Shown: positions 27,524 to 36,481 of the stretch, one piece after another
How the letters are laid out: each line of letters begins with the position of its first letter
Position numbering within the stretch: position 1 is the first letter of the stretch
Origin: Actinomycetota bacterium
GTDB taxonomy: Bacteria > Actinomycetota > Aquicultoria > JACQXZ01
Reading direction: 5' to 3'
Assembly: GCA_016208465.1 (NCBI GenBank)
Contig: JACQXZ010000064.1
Coordinates: 1-55,217, forward strand
DNA: 55,217 nt
Position numbers and translations under genes: made by a program
Notes under the pieces: generated by a model
What the model was told of the DNA's origin: nothing
Database searches by the model: none
What the model saw: the letters and a program-made list of their open reading frames with translations, nothing else

Positions 27524-28228
27524 GTGAGACCAATGGAAACCAGGGTTTTTAAATTATTTGGAATTTCCGAAGAACTTTTGGAGGAAAAACTAAAAACCAT
27601 CGATGAAAAAATTAATTTTAACATAGAAAATAATAATGGAGATATTTCTTTAACCATTAGCAGTCAAAAAATAGAAGAAGATATGTTACGTAACGAACTC
27701 GCAGAATATAGTTACGGCACCGGCGCTGATACTCTTGAAAGCATAACGGGAAATTTATTGAAAGAGTATGAGTTAAAATTGTCTGTTGCAGAGTCCTGCA
27801 CAGGCGGCAGGCTGAGCGATAGATTAACAGATGTTCCGGGAAGTTCAAATTATTTTTTGGGAGGAACAATTTGTTACAACAATGAATCAAAAAATAAATT
27901 ATTAAGTGTTTCAAACAAGACACTGCTCAGATATGGGGCGGTAGGTGAGACAACGGCTTTGGAAATGGCAAGCGGTGTCAGGTGCTTATTTGATAGTGAT
28001 ATTGGAATTAGCGTTACCGGCATTGCTGGCCCTTCCGGAGGAACGGAAGATAAACCTGTTGGTTTGGTTTTCATTGCTCTTTCTTCTAAGTTTTCTAATT
28101 TATGCAATAAATATAATTTTGAAGGTTTACGAAAAGACATAAAAACAAAAGCGGTCAATAATGCTCTTAATATTTTAAGATTATTTTTGCTTGATAATTA
28201 TAAAAATCCAAAAAATGAAATTTCTTAA
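27524..28228 (+). CDS. cinA: CinA C-terminal part (middle domain plus PncC-like nicotinamide-nucleotide amidase); the N-terminal MoCF-type domain is absent
   Basis: Starts at the RVFKLFGISEE segment, which aligns to about residue 190 of full-length CinA. SVAESCTGG and GISVTGIAGP motifs. pgsA-cinA-recA synteny. Confidence 0.8.
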   Translation: MRPMETRVFKLFGISEELLEEKLKTIDEKINFNIENNNGDISLTISSQKIEEDMLRNELAEYSYGTGADTLESITGNLLKEYELKLSVAESCTGGRLSDRLTDVPGSSNYFLGGTICYNNESKNKLLSVSNKTLLRYGAVGETTALEMASGVRCLFDSDIGISVTGIAGPSGGTEDKPVGLVFIALSSKFSNLCNKYNFEGLRKDIKTKAVNNALNILRLFLLDNYKNPKNEIS

Positions 28229-28238
28229 GGAGGATAAA

Positions 28239-28799
28239 TTGAGGTTATTTGTGGCGATAGAATTGCCAGCCGAGGTGCAAAATTCTCTTTATGAAATTAA
28301 AGATTATGTTGGTTCGAAGCTGAAAAATGCCCGCTGGATAAATCCTTCCAATTTACACCTTACCTTGCAGTTTCTTGGAGAATGTTCACGCGAGCAGGCT
28401 GAAGAAATCAAAGACGCGTTAAAAAAAGCTGTTTACGATTTTGGTTCATTTTCATTTGATATAGGCGGCTTTGGCGGTTTTCCTTCAAATAGAAGACCCC
28501 GTGTTTTTTGGATTAGCGCGACCAAAGGCAATGAAAAAATTCTGGAGCTTCAACGATTAGTTACAGAATCTCTTTCTTCCTTGGGTTTTAAGGAAGAAAA
28601 AAAAGATTTTAAGTCACATATAACAATTGCCAGATTCAAACAGCCGGATGATCTTAAAGAAGCGCTGGAATCAGAAGCGTTATTAAAATTTTCCCGTAAA
28701 GAAATTTTAGTTGATAAAATAGTTTTATTTCAAAGCCAGCTTAGCCCGAAAGGCGCTCAATATACCGCTCTTGAAAAAATTTTTTTAAAAAGTGATTGA
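28239..28799 (+). CDS. thpR: RNA 2',3'-cyclic phosphodiesterase (2H family, ThpR/LigT)
   Basis: Two HxT motifs (HLTLQF, HITIARF). TTG 28239 is 5 nt after aaggagg. Confidence 0.85.
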   Translation: MRLFVAIELPAEVQNSLYEIKDYVGSKLKNARWINPSNLHLTLQFLGECSREQAEEIKDALKKAVYDFGSFSFDIGGFGGFPSNRRPRVFWISATKGNEKILELQRLVTESLSSLGFKEEKKDFKSHITIARFKQPDDLKEALESEALLKFSRKEILVDKIVLFQSQLSPKGAQYTALEKIFLKSD

Positions 28800-28824
28800 C
28801 AGTAAACATATGTTCGTATAGAAT
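28796..28824 (+). promoter_or_regulatory. recA promoter with an embedded LexA (Cheo-like) box
   Basis: TTGACA (28796-28801), 17 nt, TAGAAT (28819-28824). The palindrome aAACatatGTTcg at 28804-28816 fills the spacer. Confidence 0.65.
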
Positions 28825-28868
28825 GCATTTAGATTAATTCACCAACATTTAGTATTGGAGGAGGAAAA

Positions 28869-29918
28869 ATGGAACGAGATAAAGCTTTAGATATTACCTT
28901 GTCTCAGATTGAAAAACAATTCGGCAAAGGCGCGATAATGAAATTAGGGGAGGATTCTCATCTTGATATAGAGGTTATTCCCACAGGAGCGCTTTCGCTT
29001 GATTTGGCTCTTGGCGTGGGAGGTGTTCCAAGAGGCAGGATAGTAGAAATATTTGGTCCCGAATCTTCAGGTAAAACGACACTTGCTTTACAGATTATCT
29101 CAGAAGCCCAGAAAAAAGGAGGTATTGCCGCTTTTATTGATGCCGAACATGCACTGGATCCTGTTTATGCCCGCAAGCTTGGAGTAGATATGGACAATCT
29201 TCTTGTTTCTCAGCCCGACACGGGAGAGCAGGCACTAGAAATTGCGGATATGCTTATAAGAAGCGGAGCGATTGACGCGTTAATTATTGATTCAGTTGCC
29301 GCGTTGGTTCCTAAGGCTGAAATCGAAGGAGAGATAGGAGATTCCTTTATAGGACTTCAGGCCCGTTTAATGTCTCAGGCGCTTAGAAAGTTAGCTGGTT
29401 CGCTTAACAAGTCAAACACAACGGCTATATTTATCAATCAGTTGAGAGAAAAAATTGGAGTAATGTTTGGCAATCCTGAGACAACTCCCGGAGGCAGAGC
29501 GCTAAAATTTTATGCTTCTGTAAGGTTAGACATAAGAAGAATTGATTCATTGAAGCAGGGAGCGGACATTGTCGGTAACAGAGTAAGAGTAAAAGTTGCC
29601 AAAAATAAAGTAGCTTCACCTTTTAAGCTAGCTGAATTTGATATAGTTTACGGCGAAGGAATTTCCAAAGAAGGATGTATTTTAGATATTGGGTCTGAAC
29701 AGGGAGTTATTTTAAAAAGCGGAGCCTGGTATACCTATGGCGGTGAGAGATTAGGTCAAGGCAGAGAAAATGCCAAACAATTTTTAAAAGAAAATCCTGA
29801 AATGACTAAAAAATTAGAAAAAGAAATAAAAATTAAAGTTGGTTTCACGAAAGAAGAAATTAAATCCGTTAAAGAAACCAAAGATTTAAAAGAAAAACAA
29901 AAAGTCCCAGTTGCTTAA
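28869..29918 (+). CDS. recA: recombinase RecA
   Basis: Walker [10 protein letters not shown]; full-length RecA similarity. Confidence 0.97.
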   Translation: MERDKALDITLSQIEKQFGKGAIMKLGEDSHLDIEVIPTGALSLDLALGVGGVPRGRIVEIFGPESSGKTTLALQIISEAQKKGGIAAFIDAEHALDPVYARKLGVDMDNLLVSQPDTGEQALEIADMLIRSGAIDALIIDSVAALVPKAEIEGEIGDSFIGLQARLMSQALRKLAGSLNKSNTTAIFINQLREKIGVMFGNPETTPGGRALKFYASVRLDIRRIDSLKQGADIVGNRVRVKVAKNKVASPFKLAEFDIVYGEGISKEGCILDIGSEQGVILKSGAWYTYGGERLGQGRENAKQFLKENPEMTKKLEKEIKIKVGFTKEEIKSVKETKDLKEKQKVPVA

Positions 29919-30051
29919 AATAAAGAAAATGAAACGGCTTATATCTTAATAAAAAATAACTGATAGAGGAAATAATGTTATGACACAAGAATAAATTAAC
30001 ATGTTGAGTATAAAAATAGAAACGTAATTTAAGATATGGTGTGGTGTTTTT

Positions 30052-31008
30052 ATGTTTACAAGAAATACAATAAATATATCAAATAGTTTTGATCAAAAAG
30101 AACATGTTGTTGTATATCATGGTAGTTGTCTTGAGTTGCTCAAACAAATACCTGATAGAAAAATCCAACTTATAGCAACTTCTCCTCCTTATAACATCGG
30201 GAAGGAATATGAAAGGAAATTGAAATTACAAGAATATATTAATCAGCAGGTTGCAGTGATAGAGGAATGTGTGCGTGTTCTCTCTGATCAAGGAAGTATC
30301 TGTTGGCAAGTAGGAAACTATGTTGAGGATGGAAAAATAATTCCTCTTGATACAATTCTTTATCCAATATTTAATGATCTTGGATTAGTAATGCGGAATA
30401 GGATTATCTGGCATTTTGAACACGGCTTGCATTGTTCAAAGAGGTTTTCTGGGCGCTATGAAGCAATTATTTGGTTTACCCGAAACACAAAAGATTATAT
30501 TTTTAATTTAGACCCCATAAGAATTCCGCAGAAATATCCTGCAAAGAAATATTTTAAAGGTCCCAAGGCGGGAGAATACTCATGTAATCCGCTTGGGAAA
30601 AATCCTGGAGACGTATGGGACATTCCAAATGTTAAAAGTAACCATGTAGAAAAAACCGATCATCCCTGTCAATTTCCAGTTGAGCTTATTGAGCGAATGG
30701 TTCTTTCAATGAGCAATGAAGGAGATTGGGTGTTCGATCCATTTTTGGGTACGGGCACAACTATTGTCGCGGCTATTAAAAACAAGCGCCGAGGTATAGG
30801 GTCCGAGGTTGTTGAAAAATATGTAGCATTAGCTAATGAACGAATTAAAAAAGCGATTAAAGGAACACTTAAAACACGGCCAATGAATAAACCTAAATAT
30901 GACCCTAAAGATTATAATAATAAACAAGCTATTCCTCCTTGGGAAACCAATAGTGATAAATTGAGACAGGTTGAATTATTTGCTCAAACCAGGAGTTCCT
31001 TGAAGTGA
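30052..31008 (+). CDS. beta-class DNA methyltransferase, probably N4-cytosine (type II R-M)
   Basis: Motif IV SPPY (ATSPPYNIGKEY) lies N-terminal to motif I FDPFLGTGTT. Its stop overlaps the start of the downstream endonuclease gene. Confidence 0.85.
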   Translation: MFTRNTINISNSFDQKEHVVVYHGSCLELLKQIPDRKIQLIATSPPYNIGKEYERKLKLQEYINQQVAVIEECVRVLSDQGSICWQVGNYVEDGKIIPLDTILYPIFNDLGLVMRNRIIWHFEHGLHCSKRFSGRYEAIIWFTRNTKDYIFNLDPIRIPQKYPAKKYFKGPKAGEYSCNPLGKNPGDVWDIPNVKSNHVEKTDHPCQFPVELIERMVLSMSNEGDWVFDPFLGTGTTIVAAIKNKRRGIGSEVVEKYVALANERIKKAIKGTLKTRPMNKPKYDPKDYNNKQAIPPWETNSDKLRQVELFAQTRSSLK

Positions 31009-31616
31009 AAATAGTCGAAATATATTCTCACTTAAATGGGCTTGACTTCTTATTAGTACATAAGAAGTCATTATGGAAAGAAATTCAAGCTGTGATTAAA
31101 GAAATCGATGCCAGAAAGTGTAAAACAAAAGTCTCAAAAGAAAAGACAATGAAGGGTCGTTTGCTTTATAGTCCTATTGAAATGAATAAGGATTTTAAAA
31201 ATCTTCTCAAAATAAAAAATTGGGAAGAGAGTCGAGTAAGTTATTGGGTTACAAAAGATGAAAAACTAATTCGTAAAACATTAACAATGGCTCCCGATGA
31301 ACAAAAGAAAGAAATTGAATCTGAGGGATTTGCTCCTATCTTTAGCTATAACCAAACGGACCATATAAAAGACAGAGTTGCCATTGAAGTGCAATTTGGA
31401 AAGTATTCTTTTGTGGCATACGATTTATTTGTGAAACATCTAGCTTTTTATGTTGGAGACAAAATTGATGTTGGTATAGAAATATTACCAATGAAATCAC
31501 TTCAAAATCAAATGAGTTCGGGTGTGGCTTATTACGAAGGTGAATTATATAACGTAATAAGACAGGGGCGGGGTGTTCCGGCTGTTCCTCTTGTGATAAT
31601 TGGAATTGAACCGTAA
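31005..31616 (+). CDS. BglII/BstYI-family type II restriction endonuclease
   Basis: TDHIKDRVAIEVQFGKYSF parallels the BglII catalytic D...E-V-Q-F segment. The N-terminal LWKEIQ also matches BglII from memory. GTG 31005 overlaps the TGA of the methylase. Confidence 0.7.
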   Translation: MKIVEIYSHLNGLDFLLVHKKSLWKEIQAVIKEIDARKCKTKVSKEKTMKGRLLYSPIEMNKDFKNLLKIKNWEESRVSYWVTKDEKLIRKTLTMAPDEQKKEIESEGFAPIFSYNQTDHIKDRVAIEVQFGKYSFVAYDLFVKHLAFYVGDKIDVGIEILPMKSLQNQMSSGVAYYEGELYNVIRQGRGVPAVPLVIIGIEP

Positions 31617-31810
31617 AAATAAATTGCCTAACGATCCTACTCTTACCTACTGTTTCCGTGGTTTTTCACGTTGTCTGTATCAGTAGGTATGTTTAATTGT
31701 TAGATTACAATGGTTGTACTGGTTCAAGGCAGATATTGTTTTATATTGTTAATATTTTAATTGTCAATATAAACTAAACATTGTTGTGTGTCTAAGGTGG
31801 TAATAATTCA

Positions 31811-32791
31811 ATGACAAAGGTCCCCATTTCTGCACTAAAGGAGGTTCCTTTTCTTAGATCACTATCACCCCTTGATTCTCCTCCCACAATTGCCACTCTC
31901 CAGTTTTATGTTGAGGAGAAGTGGCACTGTTGGCTCCCCCACAGAGAGGGGCTAGTTAAGATGCAGATGTGGCCGTACGATGCCAATTACTTCGGCGACA
32001 AGTCAGAGCTCAAGACAGACCAGCACTTTCCTCTTCTCCATATGATTGTCCAGCATACTCTCGACATAGGAATGTATAGACACTTCCAGTCCTTGGTAAA
32101 CGACTATCAGAATCTAAGCGCGTCACTTACGAAGATGCGTCTATTTTATGCCAATCGTGACTCGAAAAACTACGGAATTTGTCGTTGTGTTCAGTCAGAA
32201 ATCGAATACTTGGCAGTCTTGTGCCGAAGTATATTCGACTTACTGCAGGTGTTGGTGCGCTTGCACATCGAGCGCATACGCATCCTAGATGGTCCACAAC
32301 CTAAAAAGCTCCCTGACAGTTTCCGTGAGGTCATCTACAAGAAAAAAGCGAATCTGTCTGTCGACGAAATTGTTTTACGATACGGTCTACCAATCCCTAT
32401 CGCAAATTGGTATGTCCAGCAATGCGATTTCTTCATGCGACTTCGCGCGATTCGGGATCGAATAGTCCACAGGGGCTCGACAGTTGAAGTGATTTTCTCA
32501 ACTGATCGCGGATTCGCTGTTTCGCGCGACGACGATCCGTTCGACGGACTATACGATTGGCCGGCAGAGTGTGAACTTCCGAATTCACTCGTTCCGATTC
32601 GGCCCGCGCTCGCAACGATGGTAAAAAACACTATGGATGCCTGCAACACGTTTGCCACAATGCTCTCAGCTACAATCGCGGTGCCGGACGAGTTGGCTCC
32701 AAATTTGAAGCTGTTCACGCGCGGCACGAACGACCAGGAGTTTCAGACTCTTGACGCGGCAATTATACACTCGCTGTGGGACGACACATAA
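31811..32791 (+). CDS. hypothetical protein with a HEPN-type R-x4-H motif (RAIRDRIVH); compositionally foreign
   Basis: 326-aa ORF. Hand counts of 60-nt lines give about 48-58 percent G+C, against about 20-35 percent in flanking genes. Predicted helical; no family recognised. Confidence 0.55.
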   Translation: MTKVPISALKEVPFLRSLSPLDSPPTIATLQFYVEEKWHCWLPHREGLVKMQMWPYDANYFGDKSELKTDQHFPLLHMIVQHTLDIGMYRHFQSLVNDYQNLSASLTKMRLFYANRDSKNYGICRCVQSEIEYLAVLCRSIFDLLQVLVRLHIERIRILDGPQPKKLPDSFREVIYKKKANLSVDEIVLRYGLPIPIANWYVQQCDFFMRLRAIRDRIVHRGSTVEVIFSTDRGFAVSRDDDPFDGLYDWPAECELPNSLVPIRPALATMVKNTMDACNTFATMLSATIAVPDELAPNLKLFTRGTNDQEFQTLDAAIIHSLWDDT

Positions 32792-32958
32792 CAGGCATTT
32801 GAGGTGACACATTAATGTGCGCCACTTAAACTTCATAGAATTAGCAATGAGAGGAGGAGGAACGCGTTGTCCTATACGCAGTTTAGTTTCTTCTATCTCA
32901 TTGCAGGTACATTTAAAAAAATACCGAAAATAACAAAAAACACTGGAGGCATTTTGCT

Positions 32959-33693
32959 ATGAAGAAAATTGGTATTTTGGTGTTGGTTGGGATTACTTTA
33001 ATGGAATTGTATGTTACGCCTATCGAAGCGCGCGCGGGCGCAGCTTCTGAATCCGAATTTATTGAACTTTATAAACAGGCGCATCTCCAAAACAATGTAG
33101 AGATGTTTATGCGGTTAGTTTATATGAATGGTGTTACCGAAGAGATTGCTGAGAAGATTAAAAAAATGGCCTCAGAAGATTTTAAAGATAAATTAGCCAG
33201 CGCAAGAATTACTCCAAAACGGGAGAATCAAATAACCGAATATATACGGGATGGAATTATATATCGCTCAAATTTGAAAGTCATTGGTAATCTTGAAATT
33301 AAATATGAAGGGAATTCAAGAATATCATATCTTCCGATAGGCATTAAAAATGGTGTTTATTATTTTCCAGCGACGGTTCCTGCCGGAAAATCTAAAACAT
33401 TGATCAAGGGAACACCTATGCTGGATGTAATCAGTTATGGTTATCAGGTTAGTGTTTTTATAAATGGCACCAGAATTTATTCTGGTAAGGATGCTAGTTA
33501 TTCAGGCATTATACCTAAAGGGATTAAAAAAGGTTTAAATCGTTTAAACGTAAAATATCAACAAATTTCTAATCCTCGCCTTAAGAAACTTGAAGTCAAA
33601 GTGCGTTTGATGGAGAAAAACAAAAATAAAATCCTTCTTAACTGGAGGGCGCCAAACCCATCAGGAGCAGTTAGTCTCAATTTTACATTTTAG
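32959..33693 (+). CDS. secreted protein of unknown function
   Basis: N-terminal signal peptide (MKKIGILVLVGITLMELYVTPIEARA); no recognisable domain. Confidence 0.6.
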   Translation: MKKIGILVLVGITLMELYVTPIEARAGAASESEFIELYKQAHLQNNVEMFMRLVYMNGVTEEIAEKIKKMASEDFKDKLASARITPKRENQITEYIRDGIIYRSNLKVIGNLEIKYEGNSRISYLPIGIKNGVYYFPATVPAGKSKTLIKGTPMLDVISYGYQVSVFINGTRIYSGKDASYSGIIPKGIKKGLNRLNVKYQQISNPRLKKLEVKVRLMEKNKNKILLNWRAPNPSGAVSLNFTF

Positions 33694-33703
33694 TCTCGCG
33701 ATA

Positions 33704-34462
33704 TTGTTTTTCTTAGGGGAGTATCTTGTGAATATTAAAAACGTCTCATCAAGTCTTTTTCGATGGCAGCCATCCCGCGAGACCCTTGTTCCAGTTGTCA
33801 GCGGTTTTGTTGTTTTTGCCTTATCAGCCGCCATGATACCTGCTCATGAAATGCCTTGGGCAGGTATTTTACTTAGAGATATAGGAATGATTTTTACAGC
33901 GGGCATAGCGTTTCCTCTTTATTATCTTCTGCTTTCCGGTAGTAATTTCACTGAGTTTGGTCTAACGCTTAAAAAATGGTACATTGTTTTTCCGATTAAT
34001 TTTGTACTCGGAATACTTTTGCTTCTCTCTTTCGTTTCAGAAAATTCCCCCATAGGTTTCCGGTTTGACTTACTTACTTTGGCGAAAGTGATTTATATTT
34101 TACTGGCAGGTATTTTTGAAGTGATTTTCTTTTATAGTTTCCAGAGAACTTTATTTGAACGGTCCTTTGGAATTGTTCCCGGAATTGTCCTTGCTTCTCT
34201 TTTTTATTCTTTGCATCATATTGGTTTTCAGCCAGAGTTTGGTAAACTCTTCTTTGTAGGACTAATGTATGCCAGTGTTTTTCGGCTTGGGAACAGCGCG
34301 TTTTTAATTTATCCGTTTTTCTGGACGGTTGGCGCGGCTTATGATGTCTTAATTCAATCGCGGGAGGTATCGCCAATCTTATATCCTGAAATACGCAGTT
34401 TGTATTTGATTGTTCTTATTCTAGCGGTAGTAATTTGGGCAGGGAGGAGCGCGAAATTATAA
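33704..34462 (+). CDS. CPBP (CAAX-type) intramembrane glutamic endopeptidase family protein
   Basis: Multi-TM protein with FEVIFFYSFQR and SLFYSLHH motif regions. An alternative GTG start at 33728 follows ggggag. Confidence 0.65.
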   Translation: MFFLGEYLVNIKNVSSSLFRWQPSRETLVPVVSGFVVFALSAAMIPAHEMPWAGILLRDIGMIFTAGIAFPLYYLLLSGSNFTEFGLTLKKWYIVFPINFVLGILLLLSFVSENSPIGFRFDLLTLAKVIYILLAGIFEVIFFYSFQRTLFERSFGIVPGIVLASLFYSLHHIGFQPEFGKLFFVGLMYASVFRLGNSAFLIYPFFWTVGAAYDVLIQSREVSPILYPEIRSLYLIVLILAVVIWAGRSAKL

Positions 34463-34550
34463 AATGTATTGACTCTCCCTTAAGGGAAGACCTTATTCTT
34501 ATAACTGAAGATTGATTTTTGTTAGACTATATAAGGAGGAACGCGGAATT

Positions 34551-35162
34551 ATGAAAAAAATAGATTTCAAAAAAGAATTAAAACACCTGTACAATGCTTC
34601 CATGAAAGAGGTTGTAATTGTTGATGTTTCAAAGATGAATTTTCTTATGATTGATGGCATCGGCGATCCAAACACATCTCAGGACTTTAAGAATGCTGTA
34701 GAAGCATTATATAATTTATCCTATGCTCTCAAGTTTATGGTTAAAAAAGGAAAAGAAGCGGTTGATTATGGCGTTATGCCTCTTGAGGGTCTTTGGTGGA
34801 TTGATGATATGACCAAATTCAGCGTAGAAAACAAAGATGTCTGGAAATGGACAGTAATGATTATGCAGCCGGAATATGTAACAAAAGATTTGTTCGATGA
34901 AGCTTTTGAAGAGGTAAAGGAAAAGAAAAACCCTCCAGCGCTTTCAAAGGTAAGATTTGAAAATTTTCATGAAGGGTTGTCGGCTCAGATAATGCATATT
35001 GGTCCATATTCTACCGAAGGTCCAACTATTGAGGGGATTCATAATTTTGTAAAGGAGAAGGGATATAGTCTGACTGGAAAACATCATGAAATATATTTAA
35101 GCGATCCTCGCAAAGCCGCGCCGGAAAAATGGAAAACTATTATAAGACAACCCATAAAATAA
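34551..35162 (+). CDS. GyrI-like small-molecule-binding domain protein
   Basis: KELKHLYN...FLMIDGIGDPNTS...MPLEGLWW...LSAQIMHIGPY pattern. ATG 34551 follows aaggagg. Confidence 0.75.
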   Translation: MKKIDFKKELKHLYNASMKEVVIVDVSKMNFLMIDGIGDPNTSQDFKNAVEALYNLSYALKFMVKKGKEAVDYGVMPLEGLWWIDDMTKFSVENKDVWKWTVMIMQPEYVTKDLFDEAFEEVKEKKNPPALSKVRFENFHEGLSAQIMHIGPYSTEGPTIEGIHNFVKEKGYSLTGKHHEIYLSDPRKAAPEKWKTIIRQPIK

Positions 35163-35259
35163 AAATCAAAATGCAAAAATCAAAAGTCAAAATTACAAAT
35201 CAAAATTTAAATATAAAGAGTTTTGCCTGTAAGAAACAGAGAGGGAATTAAAAACAGTA

Positions 35260-36144
35260 ATGATTACCGAAATTCAAGCGAAATCAATTTTAAATAAACA
35301 CAAGAAACGGGATGACTGGTTTTTAGATGACTATTCGGTAAATCCCTATCAGCGCTGTTCCTTCAATTGCATTTATTGTTATACGCGTGGGAGTAAATAT
35401 GGAACTCACATGGCAAAGACTTTATCGGTGAAGATAAATGCTCCGGAACTTTTAGAAAAACAACTTTTAGGAAGAGCGAAAAAAGGAGAATATGGAATTA
35501 TATTTATTGCTTCACAAGAAGCATATCTGCCGATTGAAGAGAAATATAAAATAACAAGAAAATTACTTGAAATAATTTTAAAATACAAATTTCCTGTTGA
35601 GGTAGTAACAAAATCAACTCTAGCATTAAGAGATTTAGATTTATTAAGAGAAATTGATAAAAATGCCATTTTGCCTGATGATCTAAAGCCAAAATTAAAA
35701 CACGGCACAATTATTTCCTTCTCCGTTTCAACTTTGGATGAGAAGCTAGCAAAGATTCTTGAACCCGGAGCGCCTTCCCCAATAGAAAGACTTAAGACAA
35801 TGCAAAAGTTTAAAGAAGAAGGATTCTTTGTCGGGGTGAATTTTATTCCTGTTTTGCCGTTTTTGTCTGATTCAGAAGAACAATTAGATGAGATGATAAG
35901 GCAGGCTAAAAGCTATGGAGCCGATTTTGTTTTTGTTGGAGGATTAACTTTGTTTGGCACCGGTCCGACAGATTCCAAAACACTTTATTACAAATTTCTG
36001 GAAAAATATTACCCTGAACTTGTGTCAAAGTATAAAAGCCTGTATAGAATTTTCTTTGCGCCATCAAGGGATTACCAAAGGCAACTTGAAGAAAAATCGA
36101 AATTGTTGTGCGAGAAACATAGAATCAAGAATGGGATTGTTTAA
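35260..36144 (+). CDS. radical SAM protein, SplB/DNA-repair-photolyase-like (COG1533 type)
   Basis: CSFNCIYCY CxxxCxxC motif near the N-terminus; 294 aa. Confidence 0.75.
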   Translation: MITEIQAKSILNKHKKRDDWFLDDYSVNPYQRCSFNCIYCYTRGSKYGTHMAKTLSVKINAPELLEKQLLGRAKKGEYGIIFIASQEAYLPIEEKYKITRKLLEIILKYKFPVEVVTKSTLALRDLDLLREIDKNAILPDDLKPKLKHGTIISFSVSTLDEKLAKILEPGAPSPIERLKTMQKFKEEGFFVGVNFIPVLPFLSDSEEQLDEMIRQAKSYGADFVFVGGLTLFGTGPTDSKTLYYKFLEKYYPELVSKYKSLYRIFFAPSRDYQRQLEEKSKLLCEKHRIKNGIV

Positions 36145-36199
36145 GAAATGTCTTCGATGAGTTTAAGGAAGCAGAATAAACAGATGTTTGCCTAAAGCA

Positions 36200-36236
36200 T
36201 AGGACAGGCGAGACGCCTATCCTACTGATACTTTTT
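36200..36236 (+). terminator. REP-like hairpin with T-tract downstream of the radical SAM gene
   Basis: taggacaggcg-aga-cgcctatccta, then ctgatacttttt. Confidence 0.4.
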
Positions 36237-36412
36237 GTTGACATAAGACTGCTTAAATTATAAGATAAACTAGAGGCAAAGTATTTTAGTATATAAGCGA
36301 GAAATTCGTTTATTTTGATATATTTATTGGTTTGTAAAGATAGATTTATTGTGTTCAATAGTTCTATTATTAATAAACGCTGAAGTTAATTTTTAATTAG
36401 TTAAAGTATTTT

Positions 36413-36442
36413 GCCGAGCATTTGCTCGGCTTTTGTATTTTT
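36413..36442 (+). terminator. intrinsic terminator about 40 nt upstream of rny
   Basis: gccgagc-attt-gctcggc followed by ttttgtattttt. Confidence 0.65.
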
Positions 36443-36481
36443 AGGTGAATTATATACAATGAAAGGAGGAGTAGAAGTTAG

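Noticed and set aside
32335-32727. 130-aa and 60-aa minus-strand ORFs inside the high-G+C gene
   Set aside because: Long antisense open frames are expected in a locally G+C-rich segment. The + strand ORF is much longer and has an RBS and start.
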